A stretch of DNA of 63,882 nucleotides, the filler included, from Licmophora abbreviata (lineage: Eukaryota), in NCBI GenBank assembly GCA_900291995.1. It is 12 parts of 12 records of this genome, joined end to end, with 100 filler letters (N's around TTAATTAATTAA, not from the genome) between each part and the next. Parts side by side here need not be neighbours in the genome. Positions count along the whole stretch, not along the records: positions 1 to 5,037 come from OLMU01000009.1; positions 5,138 to 12,485 come from OLMU01000010.1; 10 more parts are not named here. The stretch is one strand, 5' to 3'. The translations under genes were made by a program, and so were the position numbers. Numbering within the stretch: position 1 is the stretch's first letter; each line of letters begins with the position of its first letter. Of the stretch, positions 1 through 11,400 are shown piece after piece. Under the pieces are notes generated by a model. It saw only the letters and a program-made list of their open reading frames with translations. It had not been told where the DNA came from and ran no database searches.

Positions 1-1
1 A

Positions 2-373
2 CTCCCAGACGCACATCTGTGTATGAACCGCGTACTGAGAGACTACCGGAAACGAAACAAACATCAACGACGACAAGAACAGGGAACGAGTGGCGAGAGT
101 ACGGTCCCAGATTCGATCGTTCGTTTTGTAAAATCAAATCGACGACGTGCACTCAAGCCTTATGGGGTGTGCGTGGCCCTTCCCATGTACTTCTTTCTTG
201 GCCTCGTCGCCAGGAGCCTTTTCGTGCGCATGCCGGGGTACGAGCGAGTCGCACCGGTGCTGGTCAGCGCGAGGGATAAAGCCTCAGCTCTATTTGTCGC
301 CCAAATGCCGTCATTACGGAGATGGCTACAGAGAATACCGAGAAGAGGCACCAAGAACTTTATTTCATTGTAG
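2..373 (+). CDS. 3' end of a hypothetical membrane protein (5' part lies outside the window)
   Basis: Frame open from the window edge to TAG at 371-373; one hydrophobic segment (YGVCVALPMYFFLGLVARSLFV). Confidence 0.5.
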   Translation, partial: LPDAHLCMNRVLRDYRKRNKHQRRQEQGTSGESTVPDSIVRFVKSNRRRALKPYGVCVALPMYFFLGLVARSLFVRMPGYERVAPVLVSARDKASALFVAQMPSLRRWLQRIPRRGTKNFISL

Positions 374-456
374 ATGCGCCCGATTTTATCAACTCTCCTC
401 GTTCTAGACAGAGCAAGACACCATCACAGGCATTTCACGCACGATACGTCTATTTT

Positions 457-866
457 TCACCTCCCACCTCCCATTGCAGCTTGCATTTCCGCCATGGACT
501 GCTGTTGTTGCGCCTGCTGTTCATTTGCTTGCTGCAGCACAATCCCAATCTTTTCCTGGGCTTCGAGGTACTTGGAAACACAGCGATCCGTGCAACTCAT
601 TTCTCCCAACGACAAGTCCGGTTCGTTGTGCTTGCGCGACGAGCACTTGTTGAAACACGTCCTGGCAATCTTGTTGAATAAACTCGTGTACATTTCCATT
701 TCCGTAGTGGCTGAGTGAATGAGAAGGAGAAGAGAAGCATTAGTATGGCAGTCGTAATACAAGATCAGGCTCATCGGACAGAGGCGTAAAATTGGTCGCG
801 GTGCTCACCGGCAAAGAGAGGGTCCGGACCCGCCGGTTTTTGCTCGCCCTGACCGAAGAAATTCAT
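457..866 (-). CDS. TIM10: Mitochondrial small Tim chaperone Tim10 (exons 866-809, 710-457)
   Basis: Twin CX3C motif CFNKC...CTDRC with EMEMY..LFNK and GE..C.DRCVSKY. A GTGAG...CAG intron at 808-711 joins MNFFGQGEQKPAGPDPLFA in frame to ATTEMEMY. Confidence 0.92.
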
Positions 867-1346
867 TGTTCGATTTTATGACTCGAGAAGATCAACGTGA
901 GCTGCTGCTTTAAACTTTTGATTCGGTATTAGACCAGAGAATCAACCTGACTTCACTGAATGATTTGCCCTATGTAATGCGTCTTGGGCTTGAGGTTTTG
1001 TGTGAGGTGTGTGGTGTGTGGCGAGTTGAGAGTGGTGGTGCGAGAGCTGATGATGCGTTCGCGACGACGGAAAAGCCGCCATCTTTAGTCGAACGAGTCC
1101 ATTTTCAATCAATGCAATCTTTCCCTCGGACTATGTCGATACAATGAGCTTAACAACCATACTCCTGGCGTAACGTGGCGCGAACAGAAGATCAAAAGTA
1201 TCTTAGTGTAGATTAAGAAGGTGTGATAAAGATTCGAGTCGTTTTGGAGTCGAAACTGCACTGATCGTTTTTTCACGTGTAAACTAAATTTCTTCGAAAC
1301 TTCGAAGTATGTCATGTACCATGATGACTGACCCCATGCACACTGG

Positions 1347-1760
1347 TTATCCTCTTTTTTCCTTGTCCTTATCCTTAGTGAAAATGCCAGGTTCCATACT
1401 ATGAACCACCAGTCCAATCACACTAATAGCCGTCATGGCGAGTAGAACTTCAGACGGAAAACCCATGCGAATCGCGTCAACCAGATCCGCAGAAAAGAGA
1501 ATCAATTCCATGACTGTAATAATTCCGCGAAAGTGAGCGTGTTCGTAGAGGATCCCGGCTATGCATCCAAACAGCATGGCCCCGTGACAGCCAGCGACAG
1601 CTCCGATCAAATGAAGCTCAATAGGCGTCCTCTTGTCTTCAGCTCCCTGCCACTTCGCAACACCGGGCAAGTCCTCCTTTGTGTCCATCACAAGGAAGCT
1701 GAAATTAAGCGCATGAAAGAGCGTGAAGATTGGAAGCGCAATGTGCTTGAGGAAACCCAT
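1347..1760 (-). CDS. Small hypothetical membrane protein (137 aa, ~4 hydrophobic segments)
   Basis: ATG-initiated ORF with several hydrophobic helices and a charged tail (TKDKDKEKRG). Confidence 0.7.
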   Translation of the reverse strand: MGFLKHIALPIFTLFHALNFSFLVMDTKEDLPGVAKWQGAEDKRTPIELHLIGAVAGCHGAMLFGCIAGILYEHAHFRGIITVMELILFSADLVDAIRMGFPSEVLLAMTAISVIGLVVHSMEPGIFTKDKDKEKRG

Positions 1761-2180
1761 GGTCGATTACTGATGATGAAGAGAGCGCACAGACTAAGAT
1801 TTTGTTTGGGGTGTGTGATGGATAAAATATCCTTCGAAAGATACTCCCGCCGACTCACTCGACTAGCACTCTTTCTGAAGTGGGACGATGAGTTTGAGAC
1901 AGAACCGTTGCCTTCGCAATTACTCCAGTTTGAATGATGCTTGCCGCCCGTGGGACGAACACGCAAACAAGAAAGCGACGCAGCGCAGTATACTCTAAAC
2001 GCGAGTCAAGCTAAATAACTTTGATCTATAATTGGCAACGTTGTATCAGTTTTCTTAGCAAAGCTGACTTGCGTGAGAATTGCAGCCTGCCAATTGCTCA
2101 TTTACTCTCTGCCAGATTCAGTGAGCCCGCACTAAATCTGCCCATGGTCACCAAATATTCGACGGGTATCGGCAACATTT

Positions 2181-2756
2181 CTACACCGAATAGGCCCGTA
2201 CATGCCGCATGTCAGTTTCAGCATCAAGATCTGGTGAAGGTTGCTCGTCATCTGCACCAGTGGGATCTGAGTCGTCCTCATGCTCCTCGCCTTCGCATTT
2301 CTCCCCTACAACTCTCTTAGCTGTCCCTATAACCTCTTCCATTGCATACTCTATCATATCAGGATCCTCTTCAATACCCATCACATGTGAATTCATCGTC
2401 TCCTTGTCTTCTGCTCGCTTGCGAATTCGCTTCTGATCCACATCCTGGAGCCGCCCGTCATCATACTGCCTCAAAGCTCGTGAAAATACCATTGCATCCT
2501 TTTCTGACCAGCCTTCTTCTTGTCGAAGAAACGCTTTCTGTGACTTGAATTGGGGATTGGCATCTCGAAACTTCTTGCATACGTGGAACACTATGGATCG
2601 CGATCGCGCGTTTCGTTTGGAACCCTTCTTGCCGCCGCCCTTCTTCCGCTTTTTCGCTGGTGGTGGATGATCTCTAAGGGAATTCCTACCAATTATTGGT
2701 TCAGACTGCGGTGTACGGTGAAGAGATCCGCGAGTCGACGCTGATGGTGTCGTCAT
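2181..2756 (-). CDS. Hypothetical nuclear protein, possibly with a pogo/Tigger (CENP-B-type) N-terminal HTH remnant
   Basis: 191-aa ORF with NLS-like PPAKKRKK, a helical segment FKSQKAFLR...FSRALRQYDDGRL..QKRIRKR and an acidic tail; no DDE domain. Confidence 0.55.
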   Translation of the reverse strand: MTTPSASTRGSLHRTPQSEPIIGRNSLRDHPPPAKKRKKGGGKKGSKRNARSRSIVFHVCKKFRDANPQFKSQKAFLRQEEGWSEKDAMVFSRALRQYDDGRLQDVDQKRIRKRAEDKETMNSHVMGIEEDPDMIEYAMEEVIGTAKRVVGEKCEGEEHEDDSDPTGADDEQPSPDLDAETDMRHVRAYSV

Positions 2757-2911
2757 GGTGCGGGGACTTTTTCGGTCGTCAATTCATCAAACATTTTTGG
2801 TATCTTCGCGGTGGTCTGACTGTCGGCACGACTGACACGTCGTTTCGTGGAATTTTGAGCTGCGATGCACAACGAGTTCGTACCGGTACCCGGTATATTA
2901 CAAATGACCAT

Positions 2912-4657
2912 CTAGCTATCCCTTGAACGCCCGACGGTCCCCATTTCTACTTCTTGTCCTTCACCACCAGCGGGCTTGCCTTCATCGTCTTGCTTGGATA
3001 TCGTCAGATACGGATTCTCAGTCATGGGCCGAAAGCAGAGACCAGTTACCACATAAAATACCAGGGTTGCCAGTTCCGTCAAAAAATAGCGAATCCAAGT
3101 GTGCCGATAGTCTAGCATCCCAAATAGGTAGACCAGTATCCGGGTAAAGTAGACGTAGACTACCACAAGGCAATAGAAAGTCCGAAACATTTTGAGTTTC
3201 GACAACGTTCGAGAGTCATCCGTCGACTCCGTTTCAGTTGCAACGACCTCTCCTGTATCAGGATCCACTCGCTCGAGCGATGATTCGAGTGAATTGACTT
3301 GCCAGACAATTGGAATCAACACGGCACAACAACACAGAATATCGACAAGATGCAAGACGGCACTCCAGTCGTCGTAGGCACTTTCACCCTCTGTTTCATT
3401 TGACACCACGGCGATGGCCACGTTGTCAATCACCTGCAAAACCAACACCACGAGAATAATTTTCTTCTCTCGATCTGTCAAAAAGGGCTTGACAAAGCTC
3501 CACCCAGAGCCAATTAGGAGAATGACGGTGAAGAGAAACATGCCTTTCAAAAACGTCACCGAGTAGTATACTACCGACCAGAGATCTGCATGCCCAGACA
3601 GACGAATGTAATGATACCGGACGCTTTCAAATAAAATCGACAGTGTCTTGAGAATCAGAAGAATCGACATGAGATGGTGAATAGGGAACACAGTCGGTTT
3701 TGCCCTCCCGTCGCCAGAACTTAAGTGTCCATCGAGTCCCCCTTGAATGCGCCGAATATTGGAAATCCAGATAAACGTACACATGGCATAGCTGACAAAG
3801 AAGTAGAAAAAGACGGTTGGCAGTGGCATCTCTCCTGCCGTCAGGTATGACTCGTTGGTCAGGGCGTCAAAGTTCTTGTAATGAAAATCAAGCTCAAACG
3901 TTGTTCGAATCTCATGATGATCATCCTCCGCCAACCCATGCCTCGGACAGACTTGGTAGACTAGAATGTACAGCCCGTCCTCTCCAGCGACAAAGTTGTA
4001 CATGATATTGGCCACAGCGGTAGTGTCGTGCTTTTTTATCAGAGCAGTCCGATTGTTGCGCAGGGGGAGAAAGATTCCGTCCGTGGATGCAGCGGGAATG
4101 TCGCCCACGTCCATATATTCGTCGTCTTCAAACGCGTCGTCCTCGAAAAGAGAATCGTCCGAGGAACTTCGAAAAGCTTCGAAGGCACAGTGACTTGCAT
4201 TGCTCATGATTCTCTCCTGGTACTCCACAAAAGAACTCATACTCTTGAACCGCTTCAAGAGCAGTCCCGCCTCGTAGCGAGACAAGATTTCACTATCCTC
4301 GTCACTCATACTCATCGCATCTGCTCCTTTTTGCTGTTGCTTAGATCGCAGCTTCCAGCCTCCGTGAGCACGGGAGTGCTTGTGTCCCACCGTGAGCGAA
4401 AAGTCAAATACATCGAGTTCAAAGCAGCCACCTCGCAAGAACCCAAAGGGAGCACCAATCGGTCCGATGAAATGACGACTGTCTTGAGTCACGTGAAACG
4501 AATGCTTGAGCCCGCTTACAGAGGAAGGAAGAATTACCAACAAGACAATAAGAAGGACCAGAAACTGGGTCCATGGGTGAAAGGAACCCATCTTCATGAT
4601 GGTACCGATGGGTGACTTATCGATTCGTCTCTCAGATGAATGCGCCGCTTCTGTCAT
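2912..4657 (-). CDS. GPR107/GPR108-like (lung seven-transmembrane, GOST family) Golgi protein
   Basis: Signal peptide, PFGF..GG, YLTAGEMPLP, IHHLM, ILLIGSGWSFVKPFL.DREKKI, LVDILCCCAVL.PIVW, KLK.FR.FY..VV.YVYFTRI, FRP...NPYL. The true start may be a downstream Met (MKMG). Confidence 0.92.
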   Translation of the reverse strand: MTEAAHSSERRIDKSPIGTIMKMGSFHPWTQFLVLLIVLLVILPSSVSGLKHSFHVTQDSRHFIGPIGAPFGFLRGGCFELDVFDFSLTVGHKHSRAHGGWKLRSKQQQKGADAMSMSDEDSEILSRYEAGLLLKRFKSMSSFVEYQERIMSNASHCAFEAFRSSSDDSLFEDDAFEDDEYMDVGDIPAASTDGIFLPLRNNRTALIKKHDTTAVANIMYNFVAGEDGLYILVYQVCPRHGLAEDDHHEIRTTFELDFHYKNFDALTNESYLTAGEMPLPTVFFYFFVSYAMCTFIWISNIRRIQGGLDGHLSSGDGRAKPTVFPIHHLMSILLILKTLSILFESVRYHYIRLSGHADLWSVVYYSVTFLKGMFLFTVILLIGSGWSFVKPFLTDREKKIILVVLVLQVIDNVAIAVVSNETEGESAYDDWSAVLHLVDILCCCAVLIPIVWQVNSLESSLERVDPDTGEVVATETESTDDSRTLSKLKMFRTFYCLVVVYVYFTRILVYLFGMLDYRHTWIRYFLTELATLVFYVVTGLCFRPMTENPYLTISKQDDEGKPAGGEGQEVEMGTVGRSRDS

Positions 4658-4993
4658 GTTTCTCCATGGTCATAGTCTTTCGTTGTTTTTTGTTTTCAGA
4701 GCTCGAGAGCTCGGAAATCGGCCAAATGATTCATTCGAATCAATCGACTTGAACGTAATCGAATCGTTCGACTCTTCATGGATTATCGATCTCATTCACA
4801 TATATCTTCATTGATCTCTTTCACGAGTGAAAAGTTGAAACGTCGGATCTTGCATGCATCCGCGATTCGTTCCTTTCTAGCCGCCGTTGATCCAGCCCCC
4901 TCGCCCACAGTCTTGCTTTGATCTTGACAAGCAGCTCAAGCTTTCTTTCCCCTGTGTTCCAAAGAGACAGTTTCATACTTGCGAGACTTAATC

Positions 4994-5729
4994 ATGTGTT
5001 ATCCAACTGAGACGATGTTGACGGAGGCGAAACCTGCNNNNNNNNNNNNNNNNNNNNNNNNNNNNNNNNNNNNNNNNNNNNTTAATTAATTAANNNNNNN
5101 NNNNNNNNNNNNNNNNNNNNNNNNNNNNNNNNNNNNNGGCGAAACCTGCCCTCGTTTCGCCGTCCACGCCCTGCCAGGCACACGATACCATGCCGTTCGC
5201 GTCCAGTTGTGTCGCGGTCAACGAAAATTGTGAAACAAGCCAGAACGACGCAGTTGTCCCGCCCAGTATCTCTTCTGGGAATACCTCGACTGTGACTCCC
5301 CAGACGAAACGACTCAAGAAGAAGCGAAAAGTTCACTTTTCGAATGTTCAAGTCCGAGAGTACGCTCTGACCGTCGGTACCAGCCCTTCCTGTGCAGCTT
5401 TCCCGCTGTCACTGGACTGGAAGTACAGTCGAGATGCCAAAACCACCAGCATTGATCAGTACGAAGAGAGAAAACACCAGAAACGACTAGATGAACGAGC
5501 ATTCACGACAAGAGCCAAACCATCATTCAAACTTAGTCCATTGACACTTTCCGAGCGCAGGTGTCGCTTGTTGTGCATGGGCCTTACACGGCAGGAGCTG
5601 CAGCAACACGAGACACAACGCCGCATATCTCTGATCTCCGAGTGGGCTTACGGAAACGATGCTACTGGAGAACCGCGGTGCTTTCCCTTGACCCAGACCA
5701 AGACATTACTGAAGCACTACGTGGTATAG
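4994..5729 (+). CDS. Diatom-type hypothetical protein with an RVxF (PP1-docking)-like motif; spans the first gap
   Basis: KKKRKVHFSNVQVREYALTVGTSPSC..PLSLDW...SIDQYE. The 12-nt overlap across the gap joins ATG 4994 (MCYPTETMLTEAKPALVSP...) in frame to ORF 5190-5729. Confidence 0.75.
5038..5137. other. Artificial scaffold spacer
   Basis: 44 N + TTAATTAATTAA (stop in all six frames) + 44 N; flanks overlap by GGCGAAACCTGC. Confidence 0.97.
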
Positions 5730-5897
5730 GGCGATCAGTGTATCATAATAATGAACAGCTCATTAGATGCTTAAATGGAGACTTCTTTGTTCGAATAAAT
5801 ATAAAACAAGTACCCTGTGGGGTGTATCAAAACTTTATTCCGTTGCTAATTGACAGGTGCGTTGCACTGAGCTAACGACGTAGTTGCATTCAATGCT

Positions 5898-8048
5898 TCA
5901 ACTCAAACTTGCACCATGAAAGTCGTACTTTTCGGGGCGGTCCCTACGTCCGGTGGGGATACCGTGCACATCCAATAACTCAATACCGTCAGTGGATTCA
6001 ACAGCCTCAATCATCCTATTGCTTGAATCTTCATGACGATCACGGCGGAAGAGACCATCCAATCGAAACTTGGCCTTGGAATCCAAGTGGCTGACAGTGC
6101 GGGAGAGACGACGCAGTCTTTTTCCAGGCGATGATTTTCTACCTGGAGAGGGCGGACCTTTCTTCCCTGGAGAGGATGGTAAAAATCTTGCGGGAGAACG
6201 TCGCTTTTTCGGCTCCAGAGGTTCCTCCATGATAGCGTAGACGTCACCGCCGTCTTCGCTTGGACTGTCGGCAATCGCAGCCGAGAAGCGTCGAACACCT
6301 TGCATTGAGTATTCAAGAGCGGAACCAGTTGATCGAACTATGTAGTCTTGTACGCTCAGATCGTCGTCATCATCAGGAACTTCAGGGATCCATCGACGAG
6401 CTCGGATCAAAGCATCGGGTTGTCCGAAGGTACCCATAATTGCATTTATGATTTCATCCTTTCGACCTCCCACCTCGCTTTCCCCTTCGACGTCGTTTGG
6501 GCTTAGTGTCACTTTGGCGTCCCTCACGTACACTTCGTTAACCAGTGTGTCCTGTGACTGCCGCGGGTGCCACGATCGGTGGTCAATTACATCAAGTTCG
6601 AGCATGCTCAAGATCTGCATAAAAGAAGTATGAAGGCCCCATGCCGGGGCACTCTTGGTCTGAATCAACCAAAAGACAGTGGTCTTATCGCGAATTCCTT
6701 GTTCCAGACTGTTGGCCGGTTCTTCTCCTTTCCCGGTGCCGTAGACGGTCGACTCGAGTTTCTTGTTAAAGTGAGAAATAGTGGCGCGCAAGAGGAATGG
6801 AGACAGAATAGTGCTCACCAGCACGGCCAGTACGACAGAGGCGTACAGATCTATTGAGATCATGTTGTGCGAAACAGAAAACACAGCAATGACAAAGGCG
6901 AACTCGCCCTCGGCAGCCATACTGAATCCAACCACAAGACAGTCCCTCAAGTGCATGTTCGTAAACCGCTTGGCAGACGGCGAGAAGTTTGGAACCAAGA
7001 ATCCAACAATTACCTTTCCGAGAAGCGCGGCAGTGAAGCAGACGCCTTGAAGCAGGACAGGTATGCTGGCGAACTTTTGAATTGGGACCTGGAAACCAAT
7101 CGATGCAGCAAAGAATATACGAAGCAGCCACTGCATGACGCGCTTGAACTGAGAGACAAACATGTGATGAACTTCACTGGACGAGCAAAAGATGAGTCCA
7201 GCGAGGAACGCCCCCATCAGTGGAGAGGCCCTGGCCTGATGCGTTGCTGGAATGAGGGCCAATAGGAAGGCGAACATGACGAACATAGCGGTCCATTCTC
7301 GATTCTGCGGGTGAACGCGATCCAAGATAAGTTTGTCCAACACCCTTGGAAGAACAAAGACAGCCAAGTACCCACCGAAGACCAAGAATCCCAAAGCACT
7401 CATTACTGGAATCATCGTATCCAGGAGGGAGGGATCTCCGTCACCTGAGAATGCCTGGAGCTGTGAGAGGATCACAAGAGCAATCATATCGTCGATAATC
7501 GCCGCGGCAACGATCAGCTGACCGACAGGCGTATTGACAATCCCTGACTGCCTCAAAATGTTCATCGCAATTCCCAATGACGTCGGAGCGAAGGTACAGG
7601 CCGCCGCGACAGCTGCAATGCCCGTGTAGCCGAGTAACAACGCAACGAGGAAGGCAAGGACGATCGGTAGGAGGGTTCCGATCAGTGCAATAACGATACC
7701 CCGCCCCCCAATGAGTCGGAGAGTTGTCAAATCGATGTCGACACCGGCCTCAAGGACTAAAAGGATAAGCCCTATCTCACCAAGGAGCACAAAAGCCTCA
7801 GGAATTGGAACCAGATTTGCAAAATTCGGACCCAACACAATTCCGGTAATGATCTCTCCCACTAGACTGGGCATACCGAGAAAGCGGTTCGAGAAAATCC
7901 CGGCTGCATAGATCGCCGCGAAGAACAGGATCGCCGCGTACAGGTTCGAGTAGGAAATGTGGACCCCGAAATGCTCATCGTCGTCGCCGGTACCATCCTC
8001 CGCTAGGAAGCGGGCATCCGAAAGTATCGAAGAAAGGCTCGCGGTCAT
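5898..8048 (-). CDS. Cation/H+ antiporter, CPA2 (Kef/NapA-like) family, with a C-terminal ACT-like region
   Basis: MPSLVGEIITGIVLGP, LGEIGLILLVLEAG, APTS, AAAIIDD, LMGAFLAGL, IFFAASIGF, GK, EGEFAFVIA; ~12 TM segments. Confidence 0.92.
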   Translation of the reverse strand: MTASLSSILSDARFLAEDGTGDDDEHFGVHISYSNLYAAILFFAAIYAAGIFSNRFLGMPSLVGEIITGIVLGPNFANLVPIPEAFVLLGEIGLILLVLEAGVDIDLTTLRLIGGRGIVIALIGTLLPIVLAFLVALLLGYTGIAAVAAACTFAPTSLGIAMNILRQSGIVNTPVGQLIVAAAIIDDMIALVILSQLQAFSGDGDPSLLDTMIPVMSALGFLVFGGYLAVFVLPRVLDKLILDRVHPQNREWTAMFVMFAFLLALIPATHQARASPLMGAFLAGLIFCSSSEVHHMFVSQFKRVMQWLLRIFFAASIGFQVPIQKFASIPVLLQGVCFTAALLGKVIVGFLVPNFSPSAKRFTNMHLRDCLVVGFSMAAEGEFAFVIAVFSVSHNMISIDLYASVVLAVLVSTILSPFLLRATISHFNKKLESTVYGTGKGEEPANSLEQGIRDKTTVFWLIQTKSAPAWGLHTSFMQILSMLELDVIDHRSWHPRQSQDTLVNEVYVRDAKVTLSPNDVEGESEVGGRKDEIINAIMGTFGQPDALIRARRWIPEVPDDDDDLSVQDYIVRSTGSALEYSMQGVRRFSAAIADSPSEDGGDVYAIMEEPLEPKKRRSPARFLPSSPGKKGPPSPGRKSSPGKRLRRLSRTVSHLDSKAKFRLDGLFRRDRHEDSSNRMIEAVESTDGIELLDVHGIPTGRRDRPEKYDFHGASLS

Positions 8049-8469
8049 GCTGGTTCAGTTTCACTGTAAAATGTTCTCCAAGCCGCCTCAAGAAAGCTGA
8101 AAGGCTTGTAACAGCATTGATGAGAGGGACTTTTGGCGAAGGCCTTCACAAAAGTGTTTCAACTTCCAAACATCATGATGGAATGCTTGTGACGCTGGCT
8201 GGCTTGTTCCAACGTTTGTGATGAAAAGATTCACGGAAAGATTCATCATCAGGCCTCACAGTTTCAAAGTTGGCTCACACAACTTCAATATGCCACGTCA
8301 ATCCACGTCATCATTAGTGACTATTCTTTGGGCCTTTCCCGCAATAAATCTCATGGAAGAAAACTATGTCATGACATTTATGTGGGAGATGATGACCGGC
8401 GGCGGCAAACTCCGGCTTGGTTGCTCCGAACCATCACTATATTTCGCCATCTTGTAGGGCTAGCTGACC

Positions 8470-11400
8470 ATGAGCGACATACACATTGAGGCTCTGGAAG
8501 AGCTATGCAGAGATGTACAGGACGCGTATGATGAAGAGGTGTTTCGCAGTGGAAAAGGAGATTCTGGCTCGAGTTCGGTTCGAGATCTGGAACACAGTCA
8601 TGGCTCGGCTCAAGATGATGATGATACTTCCTCATCAGTTCCTCGGCGGCTAGAACTACTGGAGTCATGGCGAGTTCTCGTCTCTGCATTGGAACGAGCT
8701 CATGCCTTCTTGCAGTATACTCCATCACTGGAGCATCACTTCACGATGGAAGCCGACGACCCAGCGGTATGGACCACATAAAGACGCTTCTCGATCACAT
8801 GAAAGAAACCGTGGACAACCATGACAAGGAGCCTTGCCAAGAATGTCGATTTGTTACTTTGATTGAAATCATGAGCTCATTCAGCCGCGACTGGTCACCG
8901 TCCCCTCAAATTAAAGTTCAGTGGGGCGAGTTCGAAGAACCTGTGCCATCCGATATGTCTGCCATCGACTTTCGAAGGTCCGCGTATAACGTGCTGATGT
9001 CGCTTCCTTGGCTTTCCAACTTGCACGGCCTGAGTGAGCTTTGTCAAGTGTCTGACGATGGAAGCTCCAAGTTGGACACATCGGCTGTCGATCCAGCATG
9101 GTTCGCCAATATTCGAGGCGCCCCTCTGGCGCGTGCGGACCACATGCATCGCCTCCTGGAGCGATTTCGGGACGATAAGCCCGCTACGGTCGCCATCACT
9201 GCAACACAGACGGAAGGGCCGCAGTCACAACAGGGACTTGGAAAGACCACACTTGCCATGATGGTGGCATCACACTCAGACATACAGTCACAGTACACAG
9301 TACTGCGGCTACGACTGGATCACAAGAGCCAGGATGGTGGGATGAAGTGCGCCCGGTACCTGACGTATCTTGAATCTCTGTGCAAGCAACTTGGTCAAAG
9401 ACCAGACTGGATAGAAAAAACTCTCGTGTTAGAGGACCCTTCTTTTCGGCACATGCGTGAGGAGCGGCGAATGGTTCAAGCCAAGCGTCAGATGACGGAT
9501 ATACTAGCGACGTCTCCGAAACATGTTCTGATAATTCTAGACGACGTGACTGACGATCAAGAGATTGAATGGTTCTGGTTCCTACAAAGACAGTCACTAC
9601 TGGTGACCACATGCGCCTCCACTTTAAGTGTTGGATGGACGCTAGAGCTGGGAGCCCTGAGCGAGGATGAAGCCTTGGATCTTTTTCTGACCGAGGCTGG
9701 ATATTCACTTGATCATGTGCTGAGCACTTCGCTCGAGGCACAAACCATTGTAGAGCGATGCCGATATCATCCGTTGACAATACGAACAGCTGCACGATGG
9801 TTCCATCTGAAGCAAGCCACAGCAGGTGTTGTGAACGCCCTCGAGGAACTTGACCTGGAGCTAGGCGCTTGCACAGCCAAGTTACGATATGCTCGCAACT
9901 CCAGCTCTGCAATACATTTGCTTACGGAGATCATGGATCTCATGTTGAGCCCCATGGCGCCTGCTGGCCAACCAACGACGTTGATGAAGCTTTGCCTTGC
10001 TTCAATGGCTGTTGTCTTTCAAGGTCGTGTGCCCCTTGATGCTGTTCATGTACTCTGGGGGAAATTGCTACAGACCGATTCAGACGCAATCCAGGAACTG
10101 GGTGATGGACTGACTTGTCCACAAATACACAAACGAGTTGGGTTTATATCAAAGGCCTTGGCCTCCCTGGGGATCTTATCTATCGTGAAGCATGAGGACG
10201 GAACACACCACGCCGAGATTCACCATGACTTGCAGTTAGAATATGCCCTCAACCTAGCACGTGACATGCAAGTTCGAAATACGGGGCTCAATATGACCCA
10301 GAGCTGGCACGGAGCTTTCGCGACTGCCTATGTTGAAAACAAGGAAACACAAGAGTCGGACGCAAGTGGCAACTGTGAAGCCTACGCGATAGAGAAACTT
10401 GTTTTCCACATGGTAGAGGCCAAGATGTTTGTAAAAGCTTCGACTACGCTGAACGACGCACAGTTTGTTGATCAGAGGATGTCCTCAAGGTGCTACCAGA
10501 ATGGTGTTCAGACCCTTCTAGACGATTTCAACATTCTATATTGTGGGGCAAAGGCTGCGGGTACCAGTATGGACGACATTCGTCAGATGACAATTTCGGT
10601 ACTTGTCCCATTGTCGTCTTTTCTTGTTGCAAAGGCCGGTCAGATTGAAAAGGAAGGGCTTGAAGACATTGGTATGGCAATTCATAAGGTTGGAATGTCA
10701 CTCGCAGAGAAGAAGTGTCTTTCGAAGGCATCTGCACAGTATAAGGGAGCACTCAAGCTGGTACCTAAGTCCAATCATGTCACCGGCACATTGTACTACA
10801 GTCTCAGTGCCGTCGACTTACAGAAGAACGACATTTCTAAGGCTCAGAAGCACATCCAGTCTTGTTTCAAGGCCATGGCACATCACGACACTTCGCACCC
10901 CTACTACGGCCATGCACTACTATTGAAAGGAAAAATCCAGACTCGTGCTTGTGACTACCGGGGAGCGCTCAAAAGCTTCAACCAAGCTCTTGAGTGGTTC
11001 TCTGATGATTCCATCGGCAATCGTATGGAGATCGGTATTGCTTTGGATCGAAAGGCAAGTGTCTTGGCGACAATGGATGAAACCGAAGCAGCACTGGACA
11101 CCCTGGAGGAAGCCGTCGAAACAAAACTTGCGATCGGTGAACAAAGTTGCGACCTCGGGATGATCTACAAGCGATTTGGAGATATTCACAGTGAAACATT
11201 CAATGACGACGAAGCCGAGCAGCTTTACAATAAAGCACTTCGTGTATGGGAGAACGCGAAAGACAAAGTCGACCGAGCAAACATCTTAATGGTAAAGGGC
11301 AGGGTGTCGTACTTGCATGGTGAATGCACAGAGTGTTTCGCGTCTTTCCATGATGCCCTCCGAATGACCAAGTGCCCGAGGCTAAGTGACTTGTGCTGGT

